Shown here one piece after another: positions 9,709 through 19,009 of a stretch of DNA of 64,000 nucleotides. Every line of letters starts with the position of its first letter. Position 1 is the stretch's first letter. Source of the stretch: an uncultured Acidimicrobiia bacterium (lineage in GTDB: Bacteria; Actinomycetota; Acidimicrobiia; Acidimicrobiales; AC-14); assembly GCA_963836205.1 (NCBI GenBank), contig CAWIIV010000017.1, forward strand, positions 128,001 to 192,000, written 5' to 3'. A program made the translations under genes and the position numbers. The notes beneath the pieces are model-generated. The model saw only the letters and a program-made list of their open reading frames with translations. It was not told where the DNA came from and did not search any database.

Positions 9709-11148
9709 GTGAACCGGCAAGCCACTTGGCAGACCACTCCCGTCGGCCCCGAACGGTTGGCGACGGTGCTGGCCGGCTGGGCCGACGCCAGCCACGGGAC
9801 GCTGGCCCAGCAATTGGCTCACGCCCTGCGGCGGGCGGTGCAGTCGGGCGTACTCGGCGACGGGTCGCGCCTCCCCGCGGAGCGGACCCTGGCCGCGGCC
9901 CTCAACGTGAGCCGCTCGACGGTCACCGCCGCCCTCGACGAGCTGCGAGCCGACGGCACCGTCGAGTCCCGCCAGGGCAGCGGCACGGTGGTGCGCGACG
10001 TCCACGCCCGATCCGTCGCCGGCACCCGCATCGCCGAGCACTTCTCCGACGTCGGCGGCATCGACCTGGCCGCCGGCAACCCGCCCGACGCGTCCCACCT
10101 GCCGCCGATCCACCTCGACGTGGCCGCCCTGCTGGCCCGCGGCGGCGGCCCCGGCGTGCAACCCCTGGGCCTGCCCGCCCTGCGGTCCGCCCTGGCCGAG
10201 CGCCACGCCGAGTACGGCCGCCTCACCGAGCCCAGCCAGATCCACGTCACCGCCGGTGCCCACCAGGCGGTGTCGCTCTCGGTGCGGGCGCTCGTCCGCC
10301 CGGGCACGCCGATCGCGGTGGAGGACGTCAGCTACCCGGGGATCTTCGACATCATCGACTCGATCGGGGCCCGTCCCGTCCCCATCCGCACCGATCGCGC
10401 CGGCCTCATCCCCACCGACCTCGACCGGGCCCTCACCGCGCACGCCCCGCCGGTCCTGTATCTCCAGACCGGGCCCCACAACCCCACCGGGCGGGTCCCC
10501 AGCCGGGGCCGGCTGGAGGCGCTGGCCGAGGTCCTCGACCGCCACGACGTGACCGTCATCGAGGACGGCGCCCTGGCCGAGCTGACCTTCGCCGGCCGGG
10601 TCCGGCCCGAACTGGCCGACCTCTGCCGGCGGGCGGTGGTGGTCAGCGTGGGCTCGTTCAGCAAGGTGGCCTGGGGCGGGCTGCGCATCGGGTGGCTGCG
10701 GGCGCCGGCCCCGTTCGTGGAGCGCACCATGTACCTGCGCCTGGCCAACGACCTCGGGCCGTCGGTGCCGGCGCAGCTCATCGCCCTCCAGCTGGTCCCT
10801 CACCTCGACGACCTCGCCGCCCGCCGCCGGGCCACCCTGGCCGCCACCGTGGCTGCCGCCGTCGAGCGGCTGCGGGCCGACCTCCCCTCCTGGAAGGTCA
10901 TCGAGCCCGGCGGCGGGTCGGTGCTCTGGGCCGAGGTGCCCCTCCCCGACACCGGCGCCTACGTCCTGCTGGCTGGCCGCCACGGGGTCCACGTGGCGCC
11001 CGGCAGCATCGCCACCCCCACCCGCGCCCCCAACCCCCACGTGCGCATCTGCGTTGACCGGCCCTGGCCCACGGTGGAGGAGGGGATCCACCGTCTCTGC
11101 CTCGCCTGGCGCGAGCTCGACACCGCCCCCGCCGCCGTCCTCGGCTGA
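9709..11148 (+). CDS. MocR-family GntR regulator (HTH plus PLP aminotransferase domain)
   Basis: LPAERTLAAALNVSRSTV HTH; HNPTG, IED, GSFSK..GLRIGW. Confidence 0.93.
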   Translation: MNRQATWQTTPVGPERLATVLAGWADASHGTLAQQLAHALRRAVQSGVLGDGSRLPAERTLAAALNVSRSTVTAALDELRADGTVESRQGSGTVVRDVHARSVAGTRIAEHFSDVGGIDLAAGNPPDASHLPPIHLDVAALLARGGGPGVQPLGLPALRSALAERHAEYGRLTEPSQIHVTAGAHQAVSLSVRALVRPGTPIAVEDVSYPGIFDIIDSIGARPVPIRTDRAGLIPTDLDRALTAHAPPVLYLQTGPHNPTGRVPSRGRLEALAEVLDRHDVTVIEDGALAELTFAGRVRPELADLCRRAVVVSVGSFSKVAWGGLRIGWLRAPAPFVERTMYLRLANDLGPSVPAQLIALQLVPHLDDLAARRRATLAATVAAAVERLRADLPSWKVIEPGGGSVLWAEVPLPDTGAYVLLAGRHGVHVAPGSIATPTRAPNPHVRICVDRPWPTVEEGIHRLCLAWRELDTAPAAVLG

Positions 11149-11476
11149 ATCGCCCGCCCCGGCGGCCGATGAGTTGCGAGGGCCGGTCTCGTCCTACCTG
11201 CGATGCGGACGACGACCACCTCCCCGACGCCGGAAATCTCTTCGGAAACCGGTCACTGGATGACCGGTTCCGAGGCGCATCATGACCGGGTGGCGGCCGA
11301 AAATCGTTGGTCCCAGCCGGGAAGGCCGGACATGCTGGACCCGTCCGACGTACCTGGTGGGGGACGGGCGATTCCCGGAAAATCCCCGAGCGGCTCGTCC
11401 TTGACTTCAAGTGAACTTCAACAAATAGGGTGGCCGCGGGGCCCCCACTCCACCCGATCAGCGAAGGGACTGCACC

Positions 11477-12517
11477 GTGTCTGAGAACCGAACCGGACTG
11501 ATCGAGCGCCGCGCCCAGCGGCCACAACCACCGTCCGACGTCACCTTCGCGGTCGACGCCCACGGGCTGGTCAAGCGCTACGGCGACACCGTCGCCCTCG
11601 ACGGCATCGACCTCCAGGTCCCGGTGGGGACGGTCACCGCCGTCCTCGGCCCCAACGGGGCGGGCAAGACCACGGCCGTGCGCATCCTCACCACCCTCAC
11701 CCAGGCGGACGAGGGCTCGGCCACGGTGGCCGGCTTCGACGTCCGCCGCCAGGCCACCGAGGTCCGCCGCCGGATCGGCCTGGCCGCCCAGGACGCCACC
11801 GTCGACCCGCTCCTGACCGGCCGGGAGAACCTGGTCATGCTGGGCGAGCTGCACCAGCTCAGCCGCAAGGAGTCGGCCGCCCGGGCGACTGTCCTGCTCG
11901 ACGACTTCTCCCTCACCGAGGCCGCCGACCGGGTCGTCTCGGGCTACTCGGGCGGCATGCGTCGCCGGCTCGACCTGGCCGCCACCCTGATGTCGCGGCC
12001 CAGCGTGCTCTTCCTCGACGAGCCCACCACCGGCCTCGACCCCCGGGCCCGCGCCGAGCTGTGGACCGTGATCGACACCCTCGTCCACCGGGGCACCACG
12101 GTCGTGCTCACCACCCAGTACCTGGACGAGGCCGAGCGCCTGGCCGACGACATCGTCGTCATCGACCACGGCAAGGTCATCGCCCGGGGCGACGCCCGCA
12201 CCCTCAAGCGCACCGTGGGCGGCGACCAGGTGCGGGTCGTGGTGACCGACCCCGAGCGCCTCCACGACGCGGCCCGCATCGTGGAGGACGTCACCGGCTT
12301 CGACGTGATCGTCGACACCGCCACCCGCACGCTCACCGGACCCACCGGCCGCAGCGTGGAGACGGTGGTCCTGGTCGCCCAGGGCCTGCTCCGGTCCAAG
12401 ATCGGGGTCGACGACCTCAGCCTGGGCCAGCCCACGCTCGACGAGGTGTTCCTCACCCTCACCGGAAGCCCCGCCCACGACGACACCGACGACGAGACCG
12501 CCGAGGAGGCGTCATGA
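11477..12517 (+). CDS. DrrA-family ABC transporter ATP-binding protein
   Basis: GPNGAGKT, YSGGMRRRLDLA, LDEPTTGLDP, TTQYLDEAE, PTLDEVFL. Confidence 0.95.
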   Translation: MSENRTGLIERRAQRPQPPSDVTFAVDAHGLVKRYGDTVALDGIDLQVPVGTVTAVLGPNGAGKTTAVRILTTLTQADEGSATVAGFDVRRQATEVRRRIGLAAQDATVDPLLTGRENLVMLGELHQLSRKESAARATVLLDDFSLTEAADRVVSGYSGGMRRRLDLAATLMSRPSVLFLDEPTTGLDPRARAELWTVIDTLVHRGTTVVLTTQYLDEAERLADDIVVIDHGKVIARGDARTLKRTVGGDQVRVVVTDPERLHDAARIVEDVTGFDVIVDTATRTLTGPTGRSVETVVLVAQGLLRSKIGVDDLSLGQPTLDEVFLTLTGSPAHDDTDDETAEEAS

Positions 12518-13383
12518 CTCTCATCCTGGCCACATCCACCGGCGCGCCGGTCGACGCCACGCCGGCCCACGACGACCTGCCCGCCCCCCGGGGGGTCCTC
12601 CACGACGCCCTGGTCATCGCCCGGCGGGGCCTCATCCACATGAAGCGCCAGCCCCAGGCCCTGGCCGACGCCACCATCCAGCCGATCATGTTCGTGCTGC
12701 TGTTCGCCTACGTGTTCGGCGGCGCCATCGACGTCCCCGGCGGCGGCAACTACCGGGAGTTCCTCATGGGCGGGATCTTCGCCCAGACCATCGTGTTCAT
12801 CGCCATGGGCGTGGGCATGTCGATCGCCTTCGACCGCACCAACAAGGCGGTCGACCGGTTCCGGGCCCTGCCCATCTCCCAGGGGGCGGTGCTCGGCGGC
12901 CACGCCCTCGCCAACCTGGTCAAGTCGCTGCTGCCGATCACCCTCATGTCGCTGTGCGGCCTCCTCATCGGGTGGCGCATCCAGTCGGGCCTGGCCGATG
13001 CGGTCGTGGGCTACGCCCTCCTGATCGCCTTCGCCCTGGCCATGATCTGGGTGGGTGTGCTGCTGGGAAGCGTCGTGTCCACCCCCGAGGCGGTGCAGGG
13101 CGTCGGCTTCGTCGTGATGTTCCCGATCACGTTCATCGCCAGCACGTTCGTGCCCACCGAGTCGATGCCCGGCGTGCTGCGGACGATCGCGGAGTGGAAT
13201 CCCGTGACCACCCTCTCCAACGCCGTCCGCATCCAGTTCGGCAACCCCACCGCCCCACCGCTGCCGGGCGACCCGTGGCCGATCGCCCACCCGCTGGCCT
13301 ACTCGCTGATCTGGTGCGTCGTCATCGTGGCCGTCTGCGCCCCCCTGGCCATGCGGGCCTACCGACGCTCGATCGCCGACTAG
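12514..13383 (+). CDS. DrrB-family ABC-2 permease
   Basis: QPIMFVLLFAYVFGG, DRFRALP, WNPVT; ATGA overlap with drrA-like gene. Confidence 0.93.
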   Translation: MTLILATSTGAPVDATPAHDDLPAPRGVLHDALVIARRGLIHMKRQPQALADATIQPIMFVLLFAYVFGGAIDVPGGGNYREFLMGGIFAQTIVFIAMGVGMSIAFDRTNKAVDRFRALPISQGAVLGGHALANLVKSLLPITLMSLCGLLIGWRIQSGLADAVVGYALLIAFALAMIWVGVLLGSVVSTPEAVQGVGFVVMFPITFIASTFVPTESMPGVLRTIAEWNPVTTLSNAVRIQFGNPTAPPLPGDPWPIAHPLAYSLIWCVVIVAVCAPLAMRAYRRSIAD

Positions 13384-13429
13384 TCACCGTCGGCGGACAG
13401 GAGCGGGCGATCCGACGTAGAAAGGCCCC

Positions 13430-13842
13430 GTGAGGCTGCTCGGAGACGACCTCGTCCCCGAGGTGGGCGTCGCCCCTGAAGTGGGACTCGTCTATTGGGT
13501 CGACACCACCATCCTCCCGGCCGGCGACCCCGAGGACCAACGGCCGGTGGTCGTGGTCGAGGTCCCCGCATCGGAGTCGGTGGACGGGCCTGAGTCGGTG
13601 GACGGGACGGTCGGTGGACGGGCCGATCGGTGGACGGGCCTGAGTCGGTGGACGGAACAGTGGTGGTCGTGTCCCGGTCGGCGGTCGACGGCTTCGGCGT
13701 GGAGGACACGGGTGGCGGCGCTCGCTTCTCCCGCCGCCACCCCGTCCCCCGCCGGCTGTGGACGGCGGCGACGGTGACCCCCATCGGCCGCCTCGACGAC
13801 GACGTGCTGGCCGCGGTGCGGGCCCGGTTCAGCGGCCGGTGA
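13430..13842 (+). pseudogene. PemK/MazF-like protein interrupted out of frame by an internal tandem repeat
   Basis: GLVYWVD..GDPEDQRPVVVV, then GTVVVVSRS..IGRLDDDVLAAVRARF in another frame; collapsing the repeat gives 114 aa. Confidence 0.55.
13577..13655. repeat. VNTR, five copies of TCGGTGGACGG with 18/16/16/18 bp spacing
   Basis: Copies start at 13577, 13595, 13611, 13627, 13645. Confidence 0.9.
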
Positions 13843-14851
13843 GCGCCGGCGCGCCGCCGCCGCCGCCGGGCTGGCCGAGCTGCGGGCGGGCCGGGCCGGC
13901 ACCGCCTTCACGGCCGAGCTCCAGCGGACGATCCGGGCGGTGGCCGTGGCCCGGAACTTCCCCCCGCCCGAGGGGCATCCGTCGTGGGACGCCGACGCGG
14001 TGTGGTCGGCCGCGTCCGAGTTCATGAGCGACGCCCAGACCCCCCGCCGGCTCACCGACCTCGCCGTCCACTGCGCCACCGGCGACGCCCTCCGGGCCCG
14101 GCTCCAGGGGACGGTCCGCAACTTCCTCGCCGACCTCGGCCGGCGGACTCCCATCGGCAAGCTCGTGGTGCGGGTCAACGACGTCCTGCGGGGCGAGCCC
14201 GGGTTCCGGTCGGTCGGGGGCCGGTGGGCCCGGGCCGCGGATTCGTCCGACGTCGCCGGCGTCGACGACCCCGAAGCCCTGGGCCGGGCCATCGCCGGCA
14301 TCGACGTGGTCGTGCCCGCCTGGGGCCACGACGCCCACCGGGCGGCACCGGTGGCCGACCGCACCACCATCGTGTCCCTCTGCGACGCCCTGCTCGACGC
14401 CGCCGGCGGCTCGCTCACGGCCCGGGCCCTGGCCCGGGCCATCGGCCGCCGGCTCGGCATCGGCCAGGCGCCCCTGTCGTTGGACGCCAACGCGTTCGAC
14501 GGTGGGGCCGGGACCGCGGGCGCCGCGGGCTCGTCGTCTCCGAAGGCCGACAGCACGGCCGACGAAGCCCTCCGGCTCCACCGGGCGGCCGAAGTGCTGT
14601 CCCAGCTGAACGACCGGGAGCGCCTCGCCGTCGCCTACCCCGAGCTCACCGTCCGCCACCTGGCGCCCGTCCTCGGGGTGAGCCCGTCGCAGTGCCACGT
14701 GATCCGGGGGCGGGCGGCAGAGGTCATCCGGGTCGAGCTGGTCGACGACGACGACGCCGAGGGGGTGGCCCTGCTGGTGATGGCGCTGGGCCGCAATTGG
14801 GCCGACGCGGTGGACAACGTCGCCGGGTCCGCCGTAGTGGTCGCGCGATGA
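13839..14851 (+). CDS. Atypical sigma-70/ECF-like protein (probable 1-nt frameshift in the GCC run near 13855)
   Basis: LQGTVRNFLADLGRR resembles end of region 2; LSQLNDRERLAV..LTVRHLAPVLGVSPSQCH resembles region-4 HTH; long insert between. Confidence 0.6.
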
Positions 14852-16101
14852 GCGTGTTCGGACCGGCGCACCCCCTCGACGTCGACTTGGCCGCGACCGA
14901 CCGCGACCCAGGCGCCGATCTCGAAGTCGCCGATCTCCAAGCCCACCTCCTCGACTGCCGGGTGTGCCGGGTCCGGCGCGACCGGCTCCGCCGGGCCACC
15001 CCCGCCGACCTCCACCTCGACCGGGCCCTGCCATCGCCCGAGATCACGCCTCCCGTGGGTGAGCCCGGCTCACCGGCCGTCGACGACCTGTGGCTGGCCG
15101 GCGACGACGAGCGGCTGCTGGTGCACGTCCTGCGGTTGGAGGAGGGCCGGGCCCTGGTCGCGCCCGTCACCCTCGACGTCGAGGCCGCCGACGACGAGAC
15201 CCTGATCGTCGACGGGGGGCCCCCTGGGCTCGGGCCGCTGGCGATCCACCCCCGGCTGGCCACCGAGGTCCCGGCCTCGGTGCTCGTCGAGCGCATGGGC
15301 CACCTCGACGTGGCCGGCGCCCGCCGGGGCTCCCCCATCGTCGACGCCACCGACCCCCGGCTCGAGGTCCGCCAGCTCCTCGCCGACCGCCTGGCTTCCC
15401 TCGACGAGCCCCCGCCCGACCCCGCCACCAGGGCCGACGCGCGCCCGCCCCGCCCCGAGCACGTCCGATCGGCCCTGATCGGCGACCTGCGCGCCTTCCG
15501 GGGCCGCATGTGCGTGGTCCGCCCCCTGCCGAACTGGGGCGACGTCCTCCTCGCCCACCGGGCCGGATGGGAGCCGATCGCCACCGTCGACGAGATCGGT
15601 ATCGTGCTCGTCGTCCTCGACACGCCCCACGGCCTGGCCGACGACGCCGACTTCGACATCGCCCGTTCGGTACTCACCCGGTTCAACGCCACCGCCCTGG
15701 TCGTGCTGGCGTCCGCGGTCAGCGACACCGCCGAGGCGTTCGACTCGTCGTCGCTCAACTACGGGATCGACGCCCCGTCCGGCCGCCACACCGCCCCCCG
15801 CCCCCTCATCTCCGGCCTGGCCCCGTTCGACGCCATCGCCAAGTTCCTCGACCAGGTCTCGGGCGCCCGGTTGGCGGCTCCCGCGTCCCGAGGCCCGGTC
15901 ACCCGGGTCGACGTCGACCAGATCCTGCGGGAGGCGGCCGGCGCCGCCGTGGCCGAGTCGGTGCGCCAGGGCTCCAAGTTCCGGATCGTCCCCAAGCGGC
16001 GGGGCTACGAGTCGATCGCCGACGCCCAGGACGGCTTCGAGACCGCGCTGGCACGCGCCTTCGGGCCCGGCTTCGCCGTCCAGGACCTGCTCGACCTGTG
16101 A
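14848..16101 (+). CDS. ZAS (zinc anti-sigma) motif protein with additional uncharacterised domains
   Basis: H8-x24-H33-x3-C-x2-C (QAHLLDCRVC); no obvious TM segment; ATGA overlap with the upstream gene. Confidence 0.65.
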   Translation: MSVFGPAHPLDVDLAATDRDPGADLEVADLQAHLLDCRVCRVRRDRLRRATPADLHLDRALPSPEITPPVGEPGSPAVDDLWLAGDDERLLVHVLRLEEGRALVAPVTLDVEAADDETLIVDGGPPGLGPLAIHPRLATEVPASVLVERMGHLDVAGARRGSPIVDATDPRLEVRQLLADRLASLDEPPPDPATRADARPPRPEHVRSALIGDLRAFRGRMCVVRPLPNWGDVLLAHRAGWEPIATVDEIGIVLVVLDTPHGLADDADFDIARSVLTRFNATALVVLASAVSDTAEAFDSSSLNYGIDAPSGRHTAPRPLISGLAPFDAIAKFLDQVSGARLAAPASRGPVTRVDVDQILREAAGAAVAESVRQGSKFRIVPKRRGYESIADAQDGFETALARAFGPGFAVQDLLDL

Positions 16102-17861
16102 TCACGCACATCTCGCTCGAGAACTGGCGGGCCTACCGCAGCCTCGACATCGACGTCCTGCCCGGTACCACGTTCCTCGTCGCCCCCAACGGCGTGGGCA
16201 AGAGCTCGCTGTTGGAGGCGGTGCGGTGGGTGTTGGCCGCCGGCAATGTCGAGCACCGGGCGTCGATGATCCGACAGGGCCACAAGGAGGCGACGGCCGC
16301 TGTCACGGTCGACGTCTCCGGCGGCTCCCTGGTCGTCGCCCGAGCCCTGCGGGCCAAGGGCGCCCGGCTGACGACGGAGACGACGGCCACCCTCGCCGGC
16401 CACCCGGTCGACGAGGCGGAGGCGGTGCGGCTGCTGGAGGAGTCGTGGTCGGCCGACCCCCGGTTCGTGTCCCGCACCGCCTTCCTCACCGAGGACCTCC
16501 GCCGGGACGCAGAGGAGCCCAACCTGCGCACCCATCTGTGCCGGGCCTACTCCCTCGACGACCTCCAGCGGGCGGTGGCCGAGATCGAGCCCGTCCTGAC
16601 CCAGCTGTCCAAGGGACTGAAGGCCTCCCGGGCCGAGCTTTCGGCGACCGAGGAGCAGCTGCGCACGGCCCAGGACGACCTGACCGGCCTGTCGGAGCGG
16701 GCCGCAACCGCCGGCGCCGCGGTCGACGCGGCCCGGGCGGCCCACACCGAGCTCCGGGCCGCCCTCGAGGTGGCCCGGGCGGCGGAGACGCAACGGGCGG
16801 CGGCGACCGCGTGGCGGGAGCGGGACGAACGCCTCCGGGACGAGGCAACCACGATCGGCCTCGTCCCGGAGGCGGGCGCACCGCTGGCCACCGCCCTGGC
16901 CGCGGTGGAGGACGACCTCGCGGCCCGCGTCGAGTCCATCCGCCAGCAGCAGGCCGCCCTGCGGGCCCGGGTGGAGGCGGCCGAGGCCGCCCTGGCGGCG
17001 CTGCTGGAGGCGGGGGCGACGTGTCCGGTGTGCCTGCGGGAGCTCGACGACGACAGCCGGGAGCGGGCCGAGCACCTCCACCGCACCGGGGTCGAGGTGG
17101 CCAGCGACGTGCTCGCCGACCTCGACCAGTCGACCGCGGCCGTCACCCTCGACGCGGTGCGCCAGCTGGCCCGGCGGGCGGCGGCGCTCGGCACCCCTCC
17201 CGAGGAGCCGCCGGCCGCCGGGCTCGACGAGCTGGTGGCGGCCGAGACCGAGGCCCAGGCCGCGCTCGAAGCGGCCGTCGGCGGCCTGCGGGAGGCGCAG
17301 CTGGCGGAGCAGGCCGCGGTGGCCCGGGTGGGCGCCATCCGCACCGACCTCGCCACCGCCGGCGCCCTCACCGAGCAGTACCGGGCCGAGGCCCTGCTGG
17401 AAGCGGCCAAGTCCGCCCTCAACCAGACCATCACCACCGTGCTCGGCCGCCAGCTGGAGCCGGTGGCGGCCGAGGTCAACCGCCGGTGGGAGGCCGTCTT
17501 CCCCGACCGGCCCAACCTCCACGTGCTGCCCGACGGGCAGATGTCGCGGGTGATCGACGGCGATCAGCTCGAGTTCGGGGCCTTCAGCGCCGGCGAGCAG
17601 ACCGTGGCCAAGCTGATGATGCGCCTCACCACCCTGCTGGCCACCACCACGGTGCCGTTCTGCTGGGTCGACGAGCCCCTGGAGCACCTCGACCCGGTCT
17701 CCCGCCAACTGGTCGGCAGCACCCTGGCCCATCTGAGCGCGGCCGGCGGGCTGGAGCAGATCTTCGTCACCACCTACGAGGAGCCCCTGGCCCGGCGTCT
17801 GGCCGAGCTCCAACCCGACCGGGTCCGGGTGCAGTACCTCCGCACCGAACCGTCCCGCTGA
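16098..17861 (+). CDS. Rad50/SbcC/SMC-like ABC ATPase with zinc hook
   Basis: ISLENWRAY, Walker A APNGVGKSS, coiled coils around CPVC, signature FSAGEQ, Walker B WVDEP, D-loop LEHLD. Confidence 0.9.
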   Translation: MITHISLENWRAYRSLDIDVLPGTTFLVAPNGVGKSSLLEAVRWVLAAGNVEHRASMIRQGHKEATAAVTVDVSGGSLVVARALRAKGARLTTETTATLAGHPVDEAEAVRLLEESWSADPRFVSRTAFLTEDLRRDAEEPNLRTHLCRAYSLDDLQRAVAEIEPVLTQLSKGLKASRAELSATEEQLRTAQDDLTGLSERAATAGAAVDAARAAHTELRAALEVARAAETQRAAATAWRERDERLRDEATTIGLVPEAGAPLATALAAVEDDLAARVESIRQQQAALRARVEAAEAALAALLEAGATCPVCLRELDDDSRERAEHLHRTGVEVASDVLADLDQSTAAVTLDAVRQLARRAAALGTPPEEPPAAGLDELVAAETEAQAALEAAVGGLREAQLAEQAAVARVGAIRTDLATAGALTEQYRAEALLEAAKSALNQTITTVLGRQLEPVAAEVNRRWEAVFPDRPNLHVLPDGQMSRVIDGDQLEFGAFSAGEQTVAKLMMRLTTLLATTTVPFCWVDEPLEHLDPVSRQLVGSTLAHLSAAGGLEQIFVTTYEEPLARRLAELQPDRVRVQYLRTEPSR

Positions 17862-17939
17862 CGGCCCGACCACCCGCAACTGGTGACAGTTGCAGCCCTC
17901 ACACGGCGGTACGTGTCACCAGTTCGCAGAGGGGAGCGG

Positions 17940-18590
17940 TCAACGCCGGCTGACGTCCCGCAGCCGCGACTCCACGGCCTCCCGCCGGGCGTCGGACGCG
18001 TCGTCTTCGTCGTCGCCCAGGAACAGGTCGTGCAGCTGCACCGCGAGGACCGCCTGTTGGGTAGCGGTGGCGGCGAGGTCGTCCCGCTCGGCCACGTAGG
18101 CCGCGGCCGCCTTCACCGCCTCGTGCTCGACCCGGTCGACCTCGTCCGGGTGGTCGAAGCGCCACCGCCGGGCCCGTTGGACGATGGCCGGCTTGTCGTC
18201 GTCGGCGTCGATGCCGGCGGCGGGGAAGACCCGGCAGTCGTAGGTGCGACATGCCCGCGGCCGGTGCTCGTAGATCGAGCAGGCATCGTCCACCAACATG
18301 GGGCAGTGGCCGTGCTCGTCGTAGCCCATGAGGACGTGGCCGACGGGCAGGCGGGGGGCCTCGAACAGCAGGCGGGCGGGTATCCGGGCCCGGGTGGCGG
18401 CCTCCTCGGGCCCGATGTGGACGAACTGCGACGAGGTGCAGCAAGCGGTGCAGCCGTGGCACGGCACCTCCGACTCGCCTCCGCCCCGAAGGGCGCGCTG
18501 CATCCCGGCCAGCCAGGCGGAGAAGCTCCCGGCCGGCAGCGGCTGGTCGTCGGTCGCGTCCGTCTTGGCCCCGGACTGACTGTCGCTCAG
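17940..18590 (-). CDS. YkgJ-family cysteine-cluster protein
   Basis: CHGCTACC, CPML..CSIYEHRPRACRTYDC; start uncertain (ATG 18503 or upstream CTG 18590). Confidence 0.85.
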   Translation of the reverse strand: MSDSQSGAKTDATDDQPLPAGSFSAWLAGMQRALRGGGESEVPCHGCTACCTSSQFVHIGPEEAATRARIPARLLFEAPRLPVGHVLMGYDEHGHCPMLVDDACSIYEHRPRACRTYDCRVFPAAGIDADDDKPAIVQRARRWRFDHPDEVDRVEHEAVKAAAAYVAERDDLAATATQQAVLAVQLHDLFLGDDEDDASDARREAVESRLRDVSRR

Positions 18591-19006
18591 CGGGCCCGGA
18601 CCCGGTTGTTGCGGGGGTTGTGCTCCAGCTCGACCAGGCCGAGGTGCTCGAGGAGGGGTGGGACGTACATGGCGAAGCGGCCCCGGTAGCCCTTGCGCAG
18701 CCCGTACCAGCCGCCGACCGGGTTGTCCTCGGCGCGGGCCCAGGCCTCCAAGGTCCCGTCCTTGGCCGGCTTGTTCTCGTCGGCGCTGCCGAGGTCCATC
18801 CAGTCGCCGTGCTCACGGAGCATGGCCGGGGCGTCGTCCAGGCAGCGGGCGAGATACTTCAGCTTGGTCGTCCCGACGACGCAGACCAGCTCGGCCGGGT
18901 CGACGCTGTCGTCCCGGTACATCTGGTACTCGGAGGTCCCGGGCGGCGTCCTCAGGACCCACGGGTCGTCCGGGGTCCCAGTGCCGGTCGCGGCGGTGTC
19001 GGTCAT
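18587..19006 (-). CDS. Conserved hypothetical protein (DUF6855-like)
   Basis: GTPDDPWVLRTPPGTSEY, NPVGGWYGLRKGYRGRF, EHNPRNNR. Confidence 0.75.
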   Translation of the reverse strand: MTDTAATGTGTPDDPWVLRTPPGTSEYQMYRDDSVDPAELVCVVGTTKLKYLARCLDDAPAMLREHGDWMDLGSADENKPAKDGTLEAWARAEDNPVGGWYGLRKGYRGRFAMYVPPLLEHLGLVELEHNPRNNRVRAR

Positions 19007-19009
19007 GGG

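Noticed and set aside
13577-13655. Possible mini-CRISPR or iteron set
   Set aside because: The core is 11 bp with 5-7 bp linkers that themselves repeat, and it lies inside a coding region
16098-17861. Calling the ATPase sbcC or a Wadjet JetC
   Set aside because: No sbcD or jetABD neighbours, and it is short for either, so it is left unnamed
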